DNA of 64,000 nucleotides, from the NCBI GenBank assembly GCA_041395785.1, contig JAWKZZ010000005.1, positions 263,653-327,652 of the forward strand. Reading direction: 5' to 3'. Source of the DNA: Pseudomonadales bacterium (GTDB lineage Bacteria; Pseudomonadota; Gammaproteobacteria; Pseudomonadales; UBA7239). This document shows positions 9,646-20,754 of the stretch, in pieces. The notes under the pieces were generated by a model that was not told where the DNA came from, did no database searches, and worked only from the letters and a program-made list of their open reading frames with translations. The position numbers and the translations under genes were made by a program. Within the stretch, counting starts at the first letter, position 1, and each line of letters begins with the position of its first letter.

Positions 9646-11754
9646 CTACCGTGCTTTGCGTGCTTGTGACAGTGCTGCGGAAAAACGCGTTTGCAGTGTT
9701 GTCTGTTCTTCTGTGTTGGCGGAGCCGGTGCAGTGCCAATCAATCAATAGTTGTTCCAGCGCAGCGCTAGCGCCGCCGAGTGGCGCTTGCCCCAATCCCT
9801 GTTGCAGTTTTTTCAGTTGTAGCTCGCGACGCAGTTGGCGATCTGCCTCCGGTGTTGCGAGATCCAACAAAATTTCTACCGCGATACACAATTCACGGCG
9901 ACGCTGTGTGTTGGTGTGGGTATCCAGGGCGGACTGCTGATTAGCGGCAGCCAATGCCTGCTGCTTGCGCTGCTCGATCGCTTTTTCCCAGTCGGCAGGT
10001 AGCGTGCACTGCTGCCAGTTGGCTGTTACTTGTTCTGCGGTAACGGCATCTAGGTTTTTTTCTAACTGTTCACACAATTGTGCGCGTCGCGCCAGTTCAT
10101 CCAGTTGTTTTTGGTGTTGGCGCACAGCGATGCCGCGCAGCTGTTGCTGGTAAGCATCGCAGGCAGCAAAAAATTGTTTCTTGATAGTGGTTTGTAATTT
10201 TTCAGGGATGCCTTGAATGCCTTTAAATTCGCTCTGTAGTTGTTCAAAGCTGGCAGCACTCTGCGCAAGTTCATCATCGGGGAGTGTGGCGAGTGTGGCG
10301 ATACGCTCGCAGATGGCTTTAGCTTGTGCAATATGGTTGTCTTGCGCCTGCCGCTGTTGTTGTTGTGCATCGCGGCGCTTATCAAAAATGGTTTTGCCAG
10401 CATCTTGCAGGGCTTGCCACAGTTTTCGGTCTTCGTGATGGCGTGTAATGCCAATCAATTTCCACTGTTCTTGCAGTTGTAAGAAGCGCTCAATGGCTTT
10501 GTCGGTATCGTGCATTTCAGCAACACTTTTCGCAGTGTTGACCAGTTGTTGTTTGCGCGCTTCATTCGCTGTTTGCACTTCTAGCAGTTGCGTGTTGATG
10601 GCAGAGAAAGCGGCATCAAAACGGGTGCGAATAGGCTTTTCTTCTTGGCGTTCCACGGGGTGGAAATTGTGAAACTCTTGGCGCGATTTATCGAGAATGC
10701 GAGAAACCGCTTTCCAGTCCGCGTGTTGCCAATCGTGCGTGTGTGCAAATTGTTCCAGTGCTTCGCAGATAGCTTGGCGCTGTTGTAAGTTGAAAGCGCG
10801 GTGCTGGCGTTCTTTCTCATAATGCGCAGCGCAGGGTTCCCACGCGGTATCGCCCGCCTGCTTGAAGCGCTCCCACAGTGCTTGCGCTTCCGGTGTGTGC
10901 GGTGGTTTGAGTGCGCGCCACTGTGCTTGTAGTTCACGCACGGCTTCGGCTGTTTCTAAAGGCTGTAATGTGCTGGAGCAGAGCTTTTCCATCGCCACAC
11001 ACAGCGCCTCCAGTTTTGGGATAGCGGCGAAGGCTTGCCAATCCTGCATTTCATGTTGGCGGCTAGAAATTTTTTGCTGTTTGCTTTGGTCTTTTTTGGC
11101 TTCGCGCTGCATTTTTTGCTCGGCGAGAGCTTGATTCTTCTGCGCAATGGCTAGTGCTTGCTGTGCCTCGGCTTCTGCACGCTGTTGTGCAATTTCTGCT
11201 GCGCGTTGTGCTTTGGCCGCCGCTGCTTGCTGTATGGCGTGTTCTTCAGCCAGCTTGTGCTGTGTGACTTCTGTTTGTATTTGTTGGCAGCGTGCGATAG
11301 CGGCGGTTGCGCGCGCGATGAGAGCAACATCTGGCGTCGTGATTGCCTGCCATTGCTGTACTAAATGCGCCAGTTCGTTGTCAAACAGTGGGTGATATTG
11401 CAATTTGGCCAGTGTTTCTAATTTGCTGCAGATTTTTTCTTGTGCGTCGTGGTTTAGCTGTTGTTGCTGTTGCGCTGTTTTCAGTGTCAGCAAACGATCG
11501 CGCAATAGGCGATTGGTTTTTTTATCCAACTGCCCACTGTTTTTTAACAGTTGCTGTAATTGATGAATGTCGTGCAGTTCATCGACAGACTGCACATTGG
11601 CCAGTGTTTGCAGGCTGTGCTTAGGCGTTTTCTTGTTGACAGGCGTGCTGCTATCGCTAGGTGCGGCGGCGGGAGTTGGCGCTGCCGCAGCAGGCGTTTT
11701 TTTCTTGAAGCCAAAGAGTTTGCCTAACATGCCAATATGGGTCTCGTGAGCCAA
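9646..11754 (-). CDS. DUF349-like glutamine-rich coiled-coil protein
   Basis: The product is 702 aa. It has recurring W..(F/L)...A......(R/K) repeat units (e.g. WERFKQAGDTAWEPCAAHYEKERQ, WQALQDAGKTIFDKRRDAQQQ) typical of DUF349. Confidence 0.6.
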   Translation of the reverse strand: MAHETHIGMLGKLFGFKKKTPAAAAPTPAAAPSDSSTPVNKKTPKHSLQTLANVQSVDELHDIHQLQQLLKNSGQLDKKTNRLLRDRLLTLKTAQQQQQLNHDAQEKICSKLETLAKLQYHPLFDNELAHLVQQWQAITTPDVALIARATAAIARCQQIQTEVTQHKLAEEHAIQQAAAAKAQRAAEIAQQRAEAEAQQALAIAQKNQALAEQKMQREAKKDQSKQQKISSRQHEMQDWQAFAAIPKLEALCVAMEKLCSSTLQPLETAEAVRELQAQWRALKPPHTPEAQALWERFKQAGDTAWEPCAAHYEKERQHRAFNLQQRQAICEALEQFAHTHDWQHADWKAVSRILDKSRQEFHNFHPVERQEEKPIRTRFDAAFSAINTQLLEVQTANEARKQQLVNTAKSVAEMHDTDKAIERFLQLQEQWKLIGITRHHEDRKLWQALQDAGKTIFDKRRDAQQQQRQAQDNHIAQAKAICERIATLATLPDDELAQSAASFEQLQSEFKGIQGIPEKLQTTIKKQFFAACDAYQQQLRGIAVRQHQKQLDELARRAQLCEQLEKNLDAVTAEQVTANWQQCTLPADWEKAIEQRKQQALAAANQQSALDTHTNTQRRRELCIAVEILLDLATPEADRQLRRELQLKKLQQGLGQAPLGGASAALEQLLIDWHCTGSANTEEQTTLQTRFSAALSQARKAR

Positions 11755-11885
11755 TGAATCTGTAACTTCTCATTGTAGCGGCAGGCAGGGAGATAAGGCA
11801 GTCGGGGCGCGCGCAAAGGCGATTTTGCTATCATGCCTCCTCAGGCAAGGCCGCCACTTTCAATCACCCTCGCAACGGAATTTTT

Positions 11886-14006
11886 GTGCTCGATCAAGAC
11901 ACCAAACAAACCATTCAGACGGCGTATTCGCGCTTTCTGGAACAGAAAAACTTGAAACCGCGCCAAGGTCAAAAACTGATGATCGCGGCGGTAGCGCGCA
12001 CCTTGGGCAATGTCGCGACCGATGATGAAGGTCTGCGCATGGGGGAGGAGCATGTCTGCGTGGTGGAGGCGGGCACGGGCACGGGCAAAACCGTGGCCTA
12101 TGCGTTGGCCGCTATTCCGGCAGCGCAGGCGCAAGGGAAAAAGCTAGTTATTTCTACCGCAACGGTCGCCTTGCAAGAGCAGATTGTGTTGAAAGATCTG
12201 CCGGATTTGCGCCGACACAGTGGTCTGGCATTCAGCCATACCTTAGCCAAAGGGCGCGGGCGCTACGCCTGTTTGTACAAGCTGGATTTTTTGCTGGCGC
12301 ACGGTGGAGAGCCTGCGACACAAGCGCTGTATCCCGATGAGCGCGATGCGCTGCTGCCGGAGAAAACACTGCGCTTGTTTCAAACCTTGTTGGATGCGCT
12401 GAGTGATTCAAGCTGGGATGGCGATCGCGATAACTGGTCGCAAGCTGTAGACAACGAAGATTGGCAGCGCCTGACCACGGATCACAACCAATGCACAGGT
12501 CGCCGTTGTGCGTATGTGACGCAGTGCCCTTTTTTTCGTGCGCGAGAAAATTTAATTGATGCCGATGTAATCGTTGCCAATCACGATTTGGTGTTGGCGG
12601 ATCTTGCATTGGGCGGCGGTGCTATTTTGCCTGCGCCGGAGCAAACCATTTTTGTGTTCGATGAAGGCCATCATTTGCCTGATAAGGCGCTGCAACATTT
12701 TTCGGAGAGTGCGCGCATGCAGGGCAGTGTGCGTTGGTTGCAAACCACAAGCAAAACACTGGCAGCTGTCGCACAAACTTTGCACGGTGTGCATGCCGTG
12801 CAATCAACATTGTCGCGCTGGTCAGAGACGGAGCAAGCCTTGTTGCAGTCACATCAACAGGTTTCTGCTGCGTTATCTGTGATGCTCTCTGCGCGCGTGG
12901 ATGACAGAGAGAAGAATTATTTATTTCCGCAAGGCGTGGTGTCGGAAGCGTTGCGTGAGATGGCCGGTTTGTTATTTGAACAATGGCGACAAGCAGGTGC
13001 AATGTTGCGCAAAGTTTCAGAGGCTGTTGAGGGTTTGCTCGACAGTCGTTCGTCGGTCGTGGCGCGTGAAGTGGTAGAGCAGGCGCACGCGGCGGTGGGT
13101 GGTTTGTGGCAGCGTTGTGCGCATGCGGAAGCGTTGTGGCTGTTGTATGCGCGTGAAGACCGTGTGGGTGCTGCGCCCACAGCGCGTTGGTTGAGTCTGC
13201 ATGAGATCAACAATGGGTTTGATATTGAGGTCTGTGCCAGCCCCGTGTTGCCGACAGAGTTGCTACAAAAAAACTTGTGGCAACGCTGTTTTTCTGCGGT
13301 GATTACTTCAGCCACGCTGACGGCGCTGGGCAGTTTTGATCGTCTGCGTCAGCACACCGGTGTGCCTGAGAGTAGCGCATGTTCTGTGGTGCCTAGCCCT
13401 TTTCAGTATGCGCAATCGGCGCAACTGATCGTGCCGTCGGGTGCGGTGGAAAGTAATTTGGTGGAGCAGCACACGCAGTCGGTGGTGGATTTCATCAACA
13501 ACGATATTGACTTGCAGGAAGCGACACTGGTGCTGTTTGCTTCGCGGCGACAAATGTTGGATGTGTATCAAGTTTTATCGCAGGAATTGCGCGCTGTGAT
13601 TCTCTTGCAGGATGATTACAGTAAACAACAGTTGTTGCAGCTGCACCGAGAGCGCATTGATAACCAAGAGCCGAGTATTATTTTTGGCTTGGCGAGTTTT
13701 GCTGAAGGTGTGGATTTGCCCGGCGATTATTTGCGCCATGTGGTGATTGCAAAAATTCCGTTTGCACCGCCGGATGACCCAGTGGGGAAAACATTGTCGG
13801 ATTGGATAGATGCCAAAGGCGGTAACGCGTTTATGCAGATCCAGTTGGCCGATGCCAGCTTGCGCTTGGTGCAGGCTTCTGGGCGTTTGTTGCGCACCGA
13901 GAGTGATACAGGGCGCATCAGTATTTTGGATAAGCGCTTAGTCACCAAGCGCTACGGAAAAAAACTGCTCGACAGTTTGCCGCCGTACCGGCGTGTACTC
14001 AATTAA
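11886..14006 (+). CDS. dinG: ATP-dependent DNA helicase, DinG family
   Basis: Walker A (EAGTGTGKT), DEGH box (VFDEGHHL), and a Cys-rich Fe-S region (CTGRRCAYVTQCPF). Confidence 0.85.
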   Translation: MLDQDTKQTIQTAYSRFLEQKNLKPRQGQKLMIAAVARTLGNVATDDEGLRMGEEHVCVVEAGTGTGKTVAYALAAIPAAQAQGKKLVISTATVALQEQIVLKDLPDLRRHSGLAFSHTLAKGRGRYACLYKLDFLLAHGGEPATQALYPDERDALLPEKTLRLFQTLLDALSDSSWDGDRDNWSQAVDNEDWQRLTTDHNQCTGRRCAYVTQCPFFRARENLIDADVIVANHDLVLADLALGGGAILPAPEQTIFVFDEGHHLPDKALQHFSESARMQGSVRWLQTTSKTLAAVAQTLHGVHAVQSTLSRWSETEQALLQSHQQVSAALSVMLSARVDDREKNYLFPQGVVSEALREMAGLLFEQWRQAGAMLRKVSEAVEGLLDSRSSVVAREVVEQAHAAVGGLWQRCAHAEALWLLYAREDRVGAAPTARWLSLHEINNGFDIEVCASPVLPTELLQKNLWQRCFSAVITSATLTALGSFDRLRQHTGVPESSACSVVPSPFQYAQSAQLIVPSGAVESNLVEQHTQSVVDFINNDIDLQEATLVLFASRRQMLDVYQVLSQELRAVILLQDDYSKQQLLQLHRERIDNQEPSIIFGLASFAEGVDLPGDYLRHVVIAKIPFAPPDDPVGKTLSDWIDAKGGNAFMQIQLADASLRLVQASGRLLRTESDTGRISILDKRLVTKRYGKKLLDSLPPYRRVLN

Positions 14007-14017
14007 ACGGGAGCGTT

Positions 14018-14437
14018 TTATCGCGGTTCCATTGTCTGTACCCCGAGCAGTTCTGGCTGTTCATCGCCGCGAATGCCTAAGGCGTATGACATTTTTTTGG
14101 CTATAGCTTCAGCTTTCCACTTCATCATGTCGGCGTTGGGGCCGGCGTATAAATGGTCGATTGTTTGAACCAAGAAAAATACCCAGCGATGAAAATGGTC
14201 TTCACTCATGGCTGCTTGATTGTGTAGCAGCAGATGCACATTGAATACATCGCCGCGATAGCCCTTTTCGCCCAAAATCTGAAAAGCCCAGAAGCGGGCA
14301 ATTTTCGGTAGATGCTCAGGCAGATTGATCTTGGCAATATCGGTAAAGAAAAAACCGATGATGGGGTCGATCATCAGTTTTTTGTAAAACTCGGTCACGA
14401 TATGCAGCATGTCTTCGTAGGTTTGAATGTCGCGCAT
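14018..14437 (-). CDS. group III truncated haemoglobin-like protein
   Basis: Size (139 aa) and pattern (FYKKLMIDPIIGFFF ... HLPKIARFW ... H.RW) resemble truncated globins. The assignment is by eye only. Confidence 0.45.
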   Translation of the reverse strand: MRDIQTYEDMLHIVTEFYKKLMIDPIIGFFFTDIAKINLPEHLPKIARFWAFQILGEKGYRGDVFNVHLLLHNQAAMSEDHFHRWVFFLVQTIDHLYAGPNADMMKWKAEAIAKKMSYALGIRGDEQPELLGVQTMEPR

Positions 14438-14519
14438 GGTCGCTTGCCTCTCGTGCGGTACTGCTCGCCTTCATTGTAGTGCTGGCCGCAGGCGGCAGCA
14501 CGCGCAAGGCTGCGCTAGA

Positions 14520-15785
14520 ATGCTGCTTTTACTCGGGACATTTATCGCAGTGAATGCGCTTTCTTGGTTAGTGGGCTTGCGTTACCTGTCGGCGCGCAAG
14601 GGCAGCCGCTTTGTTTCGCTGTTTTCCGTTTTTTCTGTGGCGGGCATGGCGGTGAGTGTGTTGGCCATGGTGCTGGTGATGTCCGTCATGAATGGCTTTG
14701 AAGGTGAAGTGCGCAAGCGCATTTTGCAGGCAGTGCCGCACGCGCAAATCGCAACGCCACAAGGTATTGCCAACTGGCCCGCGCTACTTCCCGTGTTACA
14801 ACAATCTGGCGTGGTGTTAGCCGCGGCGCCACAAGATCGTGCGCGCGTGTTGCTGGAATCGGATGCGCGCATTCACGGCGGAGAATTATTCGGCGTGGAT
14901 CCGCCGTTGGAAGAAACTGTTTCACACATTGCGCAGTCGATGGTCGATGGGCAATGGACTGATCTGCATGCAGGGTCATTTGGCTTGGTATTAGGGCGAG
15001 CGTTGGCGCGCCAGCTGCGAGTGAATGTAGGTGACAACATCAACATTATGTTGCCGCAGGTGAGTGTGACGCCTTTGGGTTTGTTTCCGCGCAGTCGCCG
15101 TTTTACGGTAGTGGGCATTTTTGCTGTTGGTGTGCAATTAGATAGCACGCAATTGTATGTTCACTTGGAGGATGCGGGGCGTTTATTGCGCACGGGCGGA
15201 AAAGTGGATGCGTTGCGTTTGCGTTTTGATGATGTGATGCAAGCGCCAGCGAGAATAGAAAAATTGCGCACATTGCCTGAGTTGTCTGGTTTTGTAATGA
15301 AAAGCTGGCGCGAAGAAAACAGTACGCTATTCAATGCGATACACATGGAAAAAATCATGGTGGCGGTGATGCTGTCCGTCATCGTAGTGGTGGCGGTGTT
15401 TAATTTGGTGTCGATACTCACCATGGCGGTGGCGGATCGCCGCAAAGATATTGCCGTGTTGCGCACGATTGGCGCATCGCGTGCAACAGTGGTGTCCATA
15501 TTTTTAATTTATGGTTTGAGTATGGGGGTAATAGGCATCGGTATCGGCGCGTTGTTGGGGAGTGTGTTGGCGCTGTATGTTGGCGACATCGTTGCTGCAA
15601 TTGAGTACATGGCAAAGTTGATTGATGCCAATGCAGAACTCGCCATTTATCTGCCCAGTCAGTGGTTTTTTAGTCAAACAGTTATGGTGATTGCTCTGGC
15701 TTCACTGCTGTGCCTGCTGGCCGTTTTTTATCCCGCTTGGCGTGCCTCTACCATTCACCCAGCCGAAGCCCTGCGTTATGAGTGA
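14520..15785 (+). CDS. lolC: lipoprotein-releasing ABC transporter permease
   Basis: N-terminal LVGLRYLSARKGSRFVSLFSVFSVAGMAVSV and a C-terminal FtsX-type permease domain. The ATG at 14520 is preferred over the track start. Confidence 0.85.
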   Translation: MLLLLGTFIAVNALSWLVGLRYLSARKGSRFVSLFSVFSVAGMAVSVLAMVLVMSVMNGFEGEVRKRILQAVPHAQIATPQGIANWPALLPVLQQSGVVLAAAPQDRARVLLESDARIHGGELFGVDPPLEETVSHIAQSMVDGQWTDLHAGSFGLVLGRALARQLRVNVGDNINIMLPQVSVTPLGLFPRSRRFTVVGIFAVGVQLDSTQLYVHLEDAGRLLRTGGKVDALRLRFDDVMQAPARIEKLRTLPELSGFVMKSWREENSTLFNAIHMEKIMVAVMLSVIVVVAVFNLVSILTMAVADRRKDIAVLRTIGASRATVVSIFLIYGLSMGVIGIGIGALLGSVLALYVGDIVAAIEYMAKLIDANAELAIYLPSQWFFSQTVMVIALASLLCLLAVFYPAWRASTIHPAEALRYE

Positions 15786-15790
15786 GCGTT

Positions 15791-16486
15791 ATGAATTCTA
15801 GTCATCAAAGTTGTGTTTTAGAGTGTCGCCAGTTGGTGAAAAGTTATCGCCAAGGCGAGCAGGATTTATTGGTGTTGAATCATATTGATCTACAGGTGCT
15901 GCGCGGTGAGCGCTTGGCGATTGTGGGCTCGTCTGGATCTGGAAAGTCAACGCTGCTCAATTTATTGGGCGGCTTGGATGAAGCGCAGTCAGGCGAAGTA
16001 TTGATTGCTGGCAAAAGTTGGCAGTCGATGCAAGAGAAAGAACGCGCCGCGTGGCGCAATCAACAGTTAGGTTTTGTTTATCAATTTCATCATTTGTTGG
16101 CAGAGTTTACCGCGTTAGAAAATGCCAGTATTCCGCTGATGATTGCGGGTAAGAAAAAATCGGAAGCCAAAGAACAGGCCGTGGCGATGCTGGAGTCTGT
16201 TGGTTTAGGTGCACGCTTGTCGCACAAGCCTGCGCAATTGTCGGGTGGTGAGCGGCAGCGTGTCGCGATTGCGCGCGCGTTAGTCAACAAGCCGGCTTGT
16301 GTGTTGATGGATGAGCCGACCGGCAATTTGGATGCCGACAATGCGCTGCATATTCAAAATTTGTTGAACGCGTTGAATCGTGAATACGGTTTGGCGTTTG
16401 TGTTGGTGACACACGATCGCAGTTTGGCGGCACAGCAAGACCGCTGCTTGGTGTTGGACCACGGGCAGTTGCGAGTGCAAGCCTGA
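15791..16486 (+). CDS. lolD: lipoprotein-releasing ABC transporter ATP-binding protein
   Basis: Walker A (GSSGSGKST), ABC signature (LSGGERQR), Walker B (VLMDEPTG). Confidence 0.9.
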   Translation: MNSSHQSCVLECRQLVKSYRQGEQDLLVLNHIDLQVLRGERLAIVGSSGSGKSTLLNLLGGLDEAQSGEVLIAGKSWQSMQEKERAAWRNQQLGFVYQFHHLLAEFTALENASIPLMIAGKKKSEAKEQAVAMLESVGLGARLSHKPAQLSGGERQRVAIARALVNKPACVLMDEPTGNLDADNALHIQNLLNALNREYGLAFVLVTHDRSLAAQQDRCLVLDHGQLRVQA

Positions 16487-17712
16487 TGCTCGCGCGTTTC
16501 ATTGCCTTGCGTTACGCGCAGGCGCGCAGTGGCTCTGCACTGCTCGGTTTTATTTCGCGCGTGTCGATGGCAGGTTTGGTGGTGGCCGTTGCACTGTTGA
16601 TTACTGTGTTGGCGGTGATGAACGGTTTTGAACATGAGTTGCGCACGCGCATTTTGCGTGTAGTGCCGGCTATTACTTTGTATCCCGAAGCGAATGAAAT
16701 TCCTGAGTGGCAAGTGGTGGCGCAGGAAGTGTTAAAGAATCCGCAAGTAACGGCGGCGAGCCCATTGATTGAAGCGCAAGGTTTATTGGTGATGGGTGCG
16801 GCGGCAGAACCCGTGTTGCTGTTTGCAACGGATCCAGAAGCGGAATCAAAGCTGTCACATTTCGAAGAGTTTACCGATAGCAATGCGTGGCATGCGTGGT
16901 TGGCGGATCCGCAATCGGTGTTAATAAGTCGCAAATTGGCCGATAAGTTAGGTGTGCAAGCCGGTGGTACGGCAGTCGTGATGTTGCCAGGTGTGGGCGG
17001 TGATAAATCGGCCCCCGGTATTCTCAGTTTGCGCATCGCTGGTTTGTACGAAACCGGCACTGAAGTGGATAACCATCTGGTGATGGCGCAGCTGCCATTA
17101 TTGCAAGCGCAATACAACATTCAAGGTGTGGCGGCGATTCGTTTTTCTGTCGATAACTGGCTGAAGGCGGATGCGATTGCTTGGTCATTGGTGCAGCAGT
17201 TGCCGCCGCACTATTCGATGAAAACTTGGCTGCAAACGCACGGTAATCTTTACGAAGCGATTCGTATGTCGCGGCAATTGGTGGTGTTGATGTTGGTGAT
17301 CATCATTGTCATTGCTGCATTTAATGTGGTGTGTTCCTTGGTGTTAGTGGTGACAGACAAGCGCGGCGATATTGCGATCTTGCGCGCCATGGGTTTGCCC
17401 AATAGCCACATCATGCGCATTTTTATGATGCACGGTTTGTTGATTGGCGCGATGGGGACTGTTATCGGCGCGGTAGCAGGTTGTGTGCTGGCTGCGACGA
17501 TGCCGGCTATCGCTGAGGGTTTGCAAGCTGTACTTGGTGTGCAGTTGTTGAGCACGGATGTGTATCCGGTCAATTATCTGCCATCAGATTTGCGCGCCGT
17601 GGATGTGGGTGTGGTGGTCGGTGTGGCGTTATTGATTAGTGGCGTGGCGAGCCTGTATCCCGCATGGCGTGCAACCTGTACGCAGCCGGCAGATGTGCTG
17701 CGGCACGAATAG
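16486..17712 (+). CDS. lolE: lipoprotein-releasing ABC transporter permease
   Basis: Paralogue of lolC (ALRYAQARSGSALLGFISRVSMAGLVVAV...). The TGATG start overlaps the lolD stop. Confidence 0.85.
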   Translation: MLARFIALRYAQARSGSALLGFISRVSMAGLVVAVALLITVLAVMNGFEHELRTRILRVVPAITLYPEANEIPEWQVVAQEVLKNPQVTAASPLIEAQGLLVMGAAAEPVLLFATDPEAESKLSHFEEFTDSNAWHAWLADPQSVLISRKLADKLGVQAGGTAVVMLPGVGGDKSAPGILSLRIAGLYETGTEVDNHLVMAQLPLLQAQYNIQGVAAIRFSVDNWLKADAIAWSLVQQLPPHYSMKTWLQTHGNLYEAIRMSRQLVVLMLVIIIVIAAFNVVCSLVLVVTDKRGDIAILRAMGLPNSHIMRIFMMHGLLIGAMGTVIGAVAGCVLAATMPAIAEGLQAVLGVQLLSTDVYPVNYLPSDLRAVDVGVVVGVALLISGVASLYPAWRATCTQPADVLRHE

Positions 17713-17733
17713 TTTTTCCGTTAGCAATTTGTA

Positions 17734-18432
17734 TCAATCGCTGTCGCGTTTGTAGTAGGTAATTTCTAACGAATACGCCGTGTTGCCTTTCTTTTCTTGA
17801 TGCACGAGTTTCACGATGGCGTAATGCAGTGATGATGCGAACCAGAATTGTGTGTGGCGCGGGCTGTTAGGCTTGCGCAGGCGCTCAACCACTACGGTAT
17901 CCAGTTCGCCCAAGGCGGTTTTGATGGTTTCTTTTTTTGTTACACGAAAACAAAACAATTCTGCGCCGTCATCGCTGACCACATCGTAGCAAGGTTCCTC
18001 ATAGCCACGGGCAATATCATCGGCCAGTGCCAACATATATGTACCGGCATCCAGTTCACCACCTTTTAACGGCACTTGAAACGGTTTGTTCTCTTTGCTG
18101 CCTGCGGCAATGTGTTTTTTCTGGTTGTAAATAATTTCAGTTTCGCGATTTTGCCCGAGCACACTGCGTTTGTAGAGGTAGTGTTTAGGGATAATGCCTT
18201 TATCGCTGTAGCTAAAAGTGGCGTTTTCTTCAATCTGCCCAAAAAAACCGCTGGCGATGCTGGAAAAATACCAATCATCACCCGACTGTTCCAAGCGGTG
18301 CGTGGCTTGTAGTGGGAAACTTTTGTACATCGCTTGGTAAATGGCGGTGTACGGTGTGTGTTGAATCTCCGTTTCGCTGAAAGCCGCCGCTGGCAGCATG
18401 CTCAACATTATTGCTGCGAGAATTTTTTTCAT
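17734..18432 (-). CDS. DUF3108-like periplasmic protein
   Basis: Signal peptide (MKKILAAIMLSMLPAAAFS). Position immediately downstream of purN, as in many gammaproteobacteria. Confidence 0.55.
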   Translation of the reverse strand: MKKILAAIMLSMLPAAAFSETEIQHTPYTAIYQAMYKSFPLQATHRLEQSGDDWYFSSIASGFFGQIEENATFSYSDKGIIPKHYLYKRSVLGQNRETEIIYNQKKHIAAGSKENKPFQVPLKGGELDAGTYMLALADDIARGYEEPCYDVVSDDGAELFCFRVTKKETIKTALGELDTVVVERLRKPNSPRHTQFWFASSLHYAIVKLVHQEKKGNTAYSLEITYYKRDSD

Positions 18433-19079
18433 GCGTGCTCTCCAGTGCTGGGCAATATTTTTCCATCGAACATAACGGCGTGCTCCTTGCAGTGTAATCG
18501 TTCTTCACAAAACCAGCGCGCGGCTTGTGGATAGATGATGTGTTCCTGCTGCAGCACGCGCTTGGCCAGTGTTTCTGCTGTGTCGTCGGGTAAAACAGGT
18601 ACGCTCGCTTGGATGATAACTGGGCCGCCATCCAAGGCGGTGGAAACAAAATGCACGGTTGCGCCGGCTTCGCTGTCGCCTGCATCCAGTGCGCGTTGGT
18701 GTGTGTGCAAGCCTGGATATTTCGGCAGCAGCGACGGATGAATGTTCATCAGTTTGCCGTACAGCGGCGCGACAAAAACTGGGGTGAGGATGCGCATAAA
18801 GCCGGCGAGAATCACCAAGTCAGGTGCGTGTTGTTGCACAGCAGCCAATAGGGCGCGGTCGTAATCTTCGCGCGTAGTAAAGGTTTTGTGCGATAGCACC
18901 GTGGTGGCGATGCCGGCGGCGTGTGCGCGTTCCAAGCCGTAAACATCGGCTACATTGCTGATGACGGCGACAATGCGCGCGTTCAGAGTATTTGCTTTTT
19001 CGGCATCAATGAGCGCTTGTAAATTGCTGCCGCTGCCTGAAATTAGCACAACAATTTTTTTGGGTGGGAGTGCGCTCAT
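18429..19079 (-). CDS. purN: phosphoribosylglycinamide formyltransferase
   Basis: KIVVLISGSGSNLQALID ... LVILAGFMRIL ... NIHPSLLP, the classical PurN motifs. Confidence 0.9.
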   Translation of the reverse strand: MSALPPKKIVVLISGSGSNLQALIDAEKANTLNARIVAVISNVADVYGLERAHAAGIATTVLSHKTFTTREDYDRALLAAVQQHAPDLVILAGFMRILTPVFVAPLYGKLMNIHPSLLPKYPGLHTHQRALDAGDSEAGATVHFVSTALDGGPVIIQASVPVLPDDTAETLAKRVLQQEHIIYPQAARWFCEERLHCKEHAVMFDGKILPSTGEHA

Positions 19080-19097
19080 TGGTGTGGTTTGATGCAG

Positions 19098-20162
19098 TTA
19101 TTTGGTGTTGAACACAACGCTGGGCTCGGCATCGTGTGCGCCTTTTTCTATCGCGCCGATCACAAAAGCGGTTTCATTGCAGTCGTGCAACACGGCCAGC
19201 GCGTTATCAACATCGGCTTTTGGCACGCACACGACCATGCCGATGCCACAGTTAAAAGTGCGGTACATTTCTACAGGATCAACATTGCCCTGCGCTTGCA
19301 GCCAATCAAACAGTGGACCCAGTTTCCATGCTTTGGTATTGATGTTGGCTTTGGATCCTTGCGGCAGCACGCGCGGTAAATTTTCTGTCAAACCGCCGCC
19401 GGTAATGTGTGCAATGGCGCGCACATCGACAGCGCGTATCAAACGCAAAATGGATTTCACATAAATGCGTGTAGGTTCCATCAGTCTGTCAGCGAGCGAT
19501 TTGCCATCGAGCATTTCGGTGGCGGGATTCACGCCAGAGACAGCAAGAATTTTGCGAATCAACGAATAGCCGTTGGAGTGCGCGCCAGATGAAGCAATGC
19601 CGATCAGCACATCACCGACATGCACGCGTGAGCCGTCAATAATTTCATCTTTTTCGACTGCGCCGACACAAAAGCCGGCCATATCGTAATCTGCGCCTTC
19701 ATACATGCCTGGCATTTCTGCGGTTTCGCCGCCCACCAGTGCGCAGCCTGCCTGTTCGCAACCGTTGCCGATGCCGGTGATGACGCTGGCAGCGACATCC
19801 ACATCCAGTTTGCCGGTGGCGTAGTAGTCGAGAAAAAACAAAGGCTCCGCGCCGCACACCACCAAGTCGTTGACGCACATGGCGACCAAATCAATGCCCA
19901 CGGTGTCGTGTCGTTTCAAATCAATCGCCAAGCGCAGTTTGGTGCCCACGCCATCGGTGCCGGAGACCAAGACGGGGTGTTTGAAGTGGCTGGGAATTTC
20001 AAACAGCGCGCCAAAGCCGCCTAAGCCACCCATCACACCGGGGCGGCGCGTTTTTTTTGCCACATGCTTGATGCGTTCCACCAAGGCTGTGCCGGCATCA
20101 ATATCAACACCGGAATCCTTGTAGCTGAGAGAGGGCTTGTTGGAGGAGGACTGTTCAGTCAT
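19098..20162 (-). CDS. purM: phosphoribosylformylglycinamidine cyclo-ligase (AIR synthetase)
   Basis: [14 protein letters not shown]...GGFGALF...DGVGTKL. The internal ATG 20162 (MTEQSS) is preferred over the track start. Confidence 0.9.
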   Translation of the reverse strand: MTEQSSSNKPSLSYKDSGVDIDAGTALVERIKHVAKKTRRPGVMGGLGGFGALFEIPSHFKHPVLVSGTDGVGTKLRLAIDLKRHDTVGIDLVAMCVNDLVVCGAEPLFFLDYYATGKLDVDVAASVITGIGNGCEQAGCALVGGETAEMPGMYEGADYDMAGFCVGAVEKDEIIDGSRVHVGDVLIGIASSGAHSNGYSLIRKILAVSGVNPATEMLDGKSLADRLMEPTRIYVKSILRLIRAVDVRAIAHITGGGLTENLPRVLPQGSKANINTKAWKLGPLFDWLQAQGNVDPVEMYRTFNCGIGMVVCVPKADVDNALAVLHDCNETAFVIGAIEKGAHDAEPSVVFNTK

Positions 20163-20283
20163 GGGCGGCAGCTGATTAACAAATCGGGGCGCGCATTGTA
20201 GCAGTAGCGTCCGTGCTGGGGGCAGTTGCATGGGGGGCTTGTGGTAGACTTCGCGGCCTCAGAGAACTCGCTGGAGCGCACGC

Positions 20284-20754
20284 ATGTCAGGCATTAAAAC
20301 AATCGAAGGTGATTTCAATCCGGGCAAGGCGCGTTTTGCGCTGCTGGTGTCCCGCTGGAACAGTTTTGTCGTCGAAAGCTTGAAAGACGGTGCTATTGAT
20401 ACCCTGCGCCGTCACGGTGTGGCCGAAGCGCAGATCACCTTGGTGCGCGCACCGGGCGCGTTTGAGTTGCCCTTGGTGGCACAGCAGTTGGCGGCCTCAA
20501 AAAAGTTTGATGCCATCATCGCCTTGGGCGCGGTGATTCGCGGCGGCACACCGCATTTTGAATATGTGGCGGGCGAGTGCGTGAAAGGTTTGGCGCAGGT
20601 TAGCTTGAATGCGTCTGTGCCGGTGTCATTCGGTGTATTGACGGTCGATTCCATCGAGCAGGCCATCGAACGCTCCGGCACCAAGGCCGGCAATAAAGGC
20701 GCGGAAGCCGCCAGCTCAGCGCTGGAAATGGTCAGCTTGCTGTCGCGCCTGTGA
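20284..20754 (+). CDS. ribH: 6,7-dimethyl-8-ribityllumazine synthase
   Basis: [16 protein letters not shown]...[10 protein letters not shown]...[15 protein letters not shown]. Confidence 0.9.
   Translation: MSGIKTIEGDFNPGKARFALLVSRWNSFVVESLKDGAIDTLRRHGVAEAQITLVRAPGAFELPLVAQQLAASKKFDAIIALGAVIRGGTPHFEYVAGECVKGLAQVSLNASVPVSFGVLTVDSIEQAIERSGTKAGNKGAEAASSALEMVSLLSRL

Noticed and set aside
16512-17120. 202-aa minus-strand ORF.
   Set aside because: It is antisense to lolE. Its composition is an artefact.
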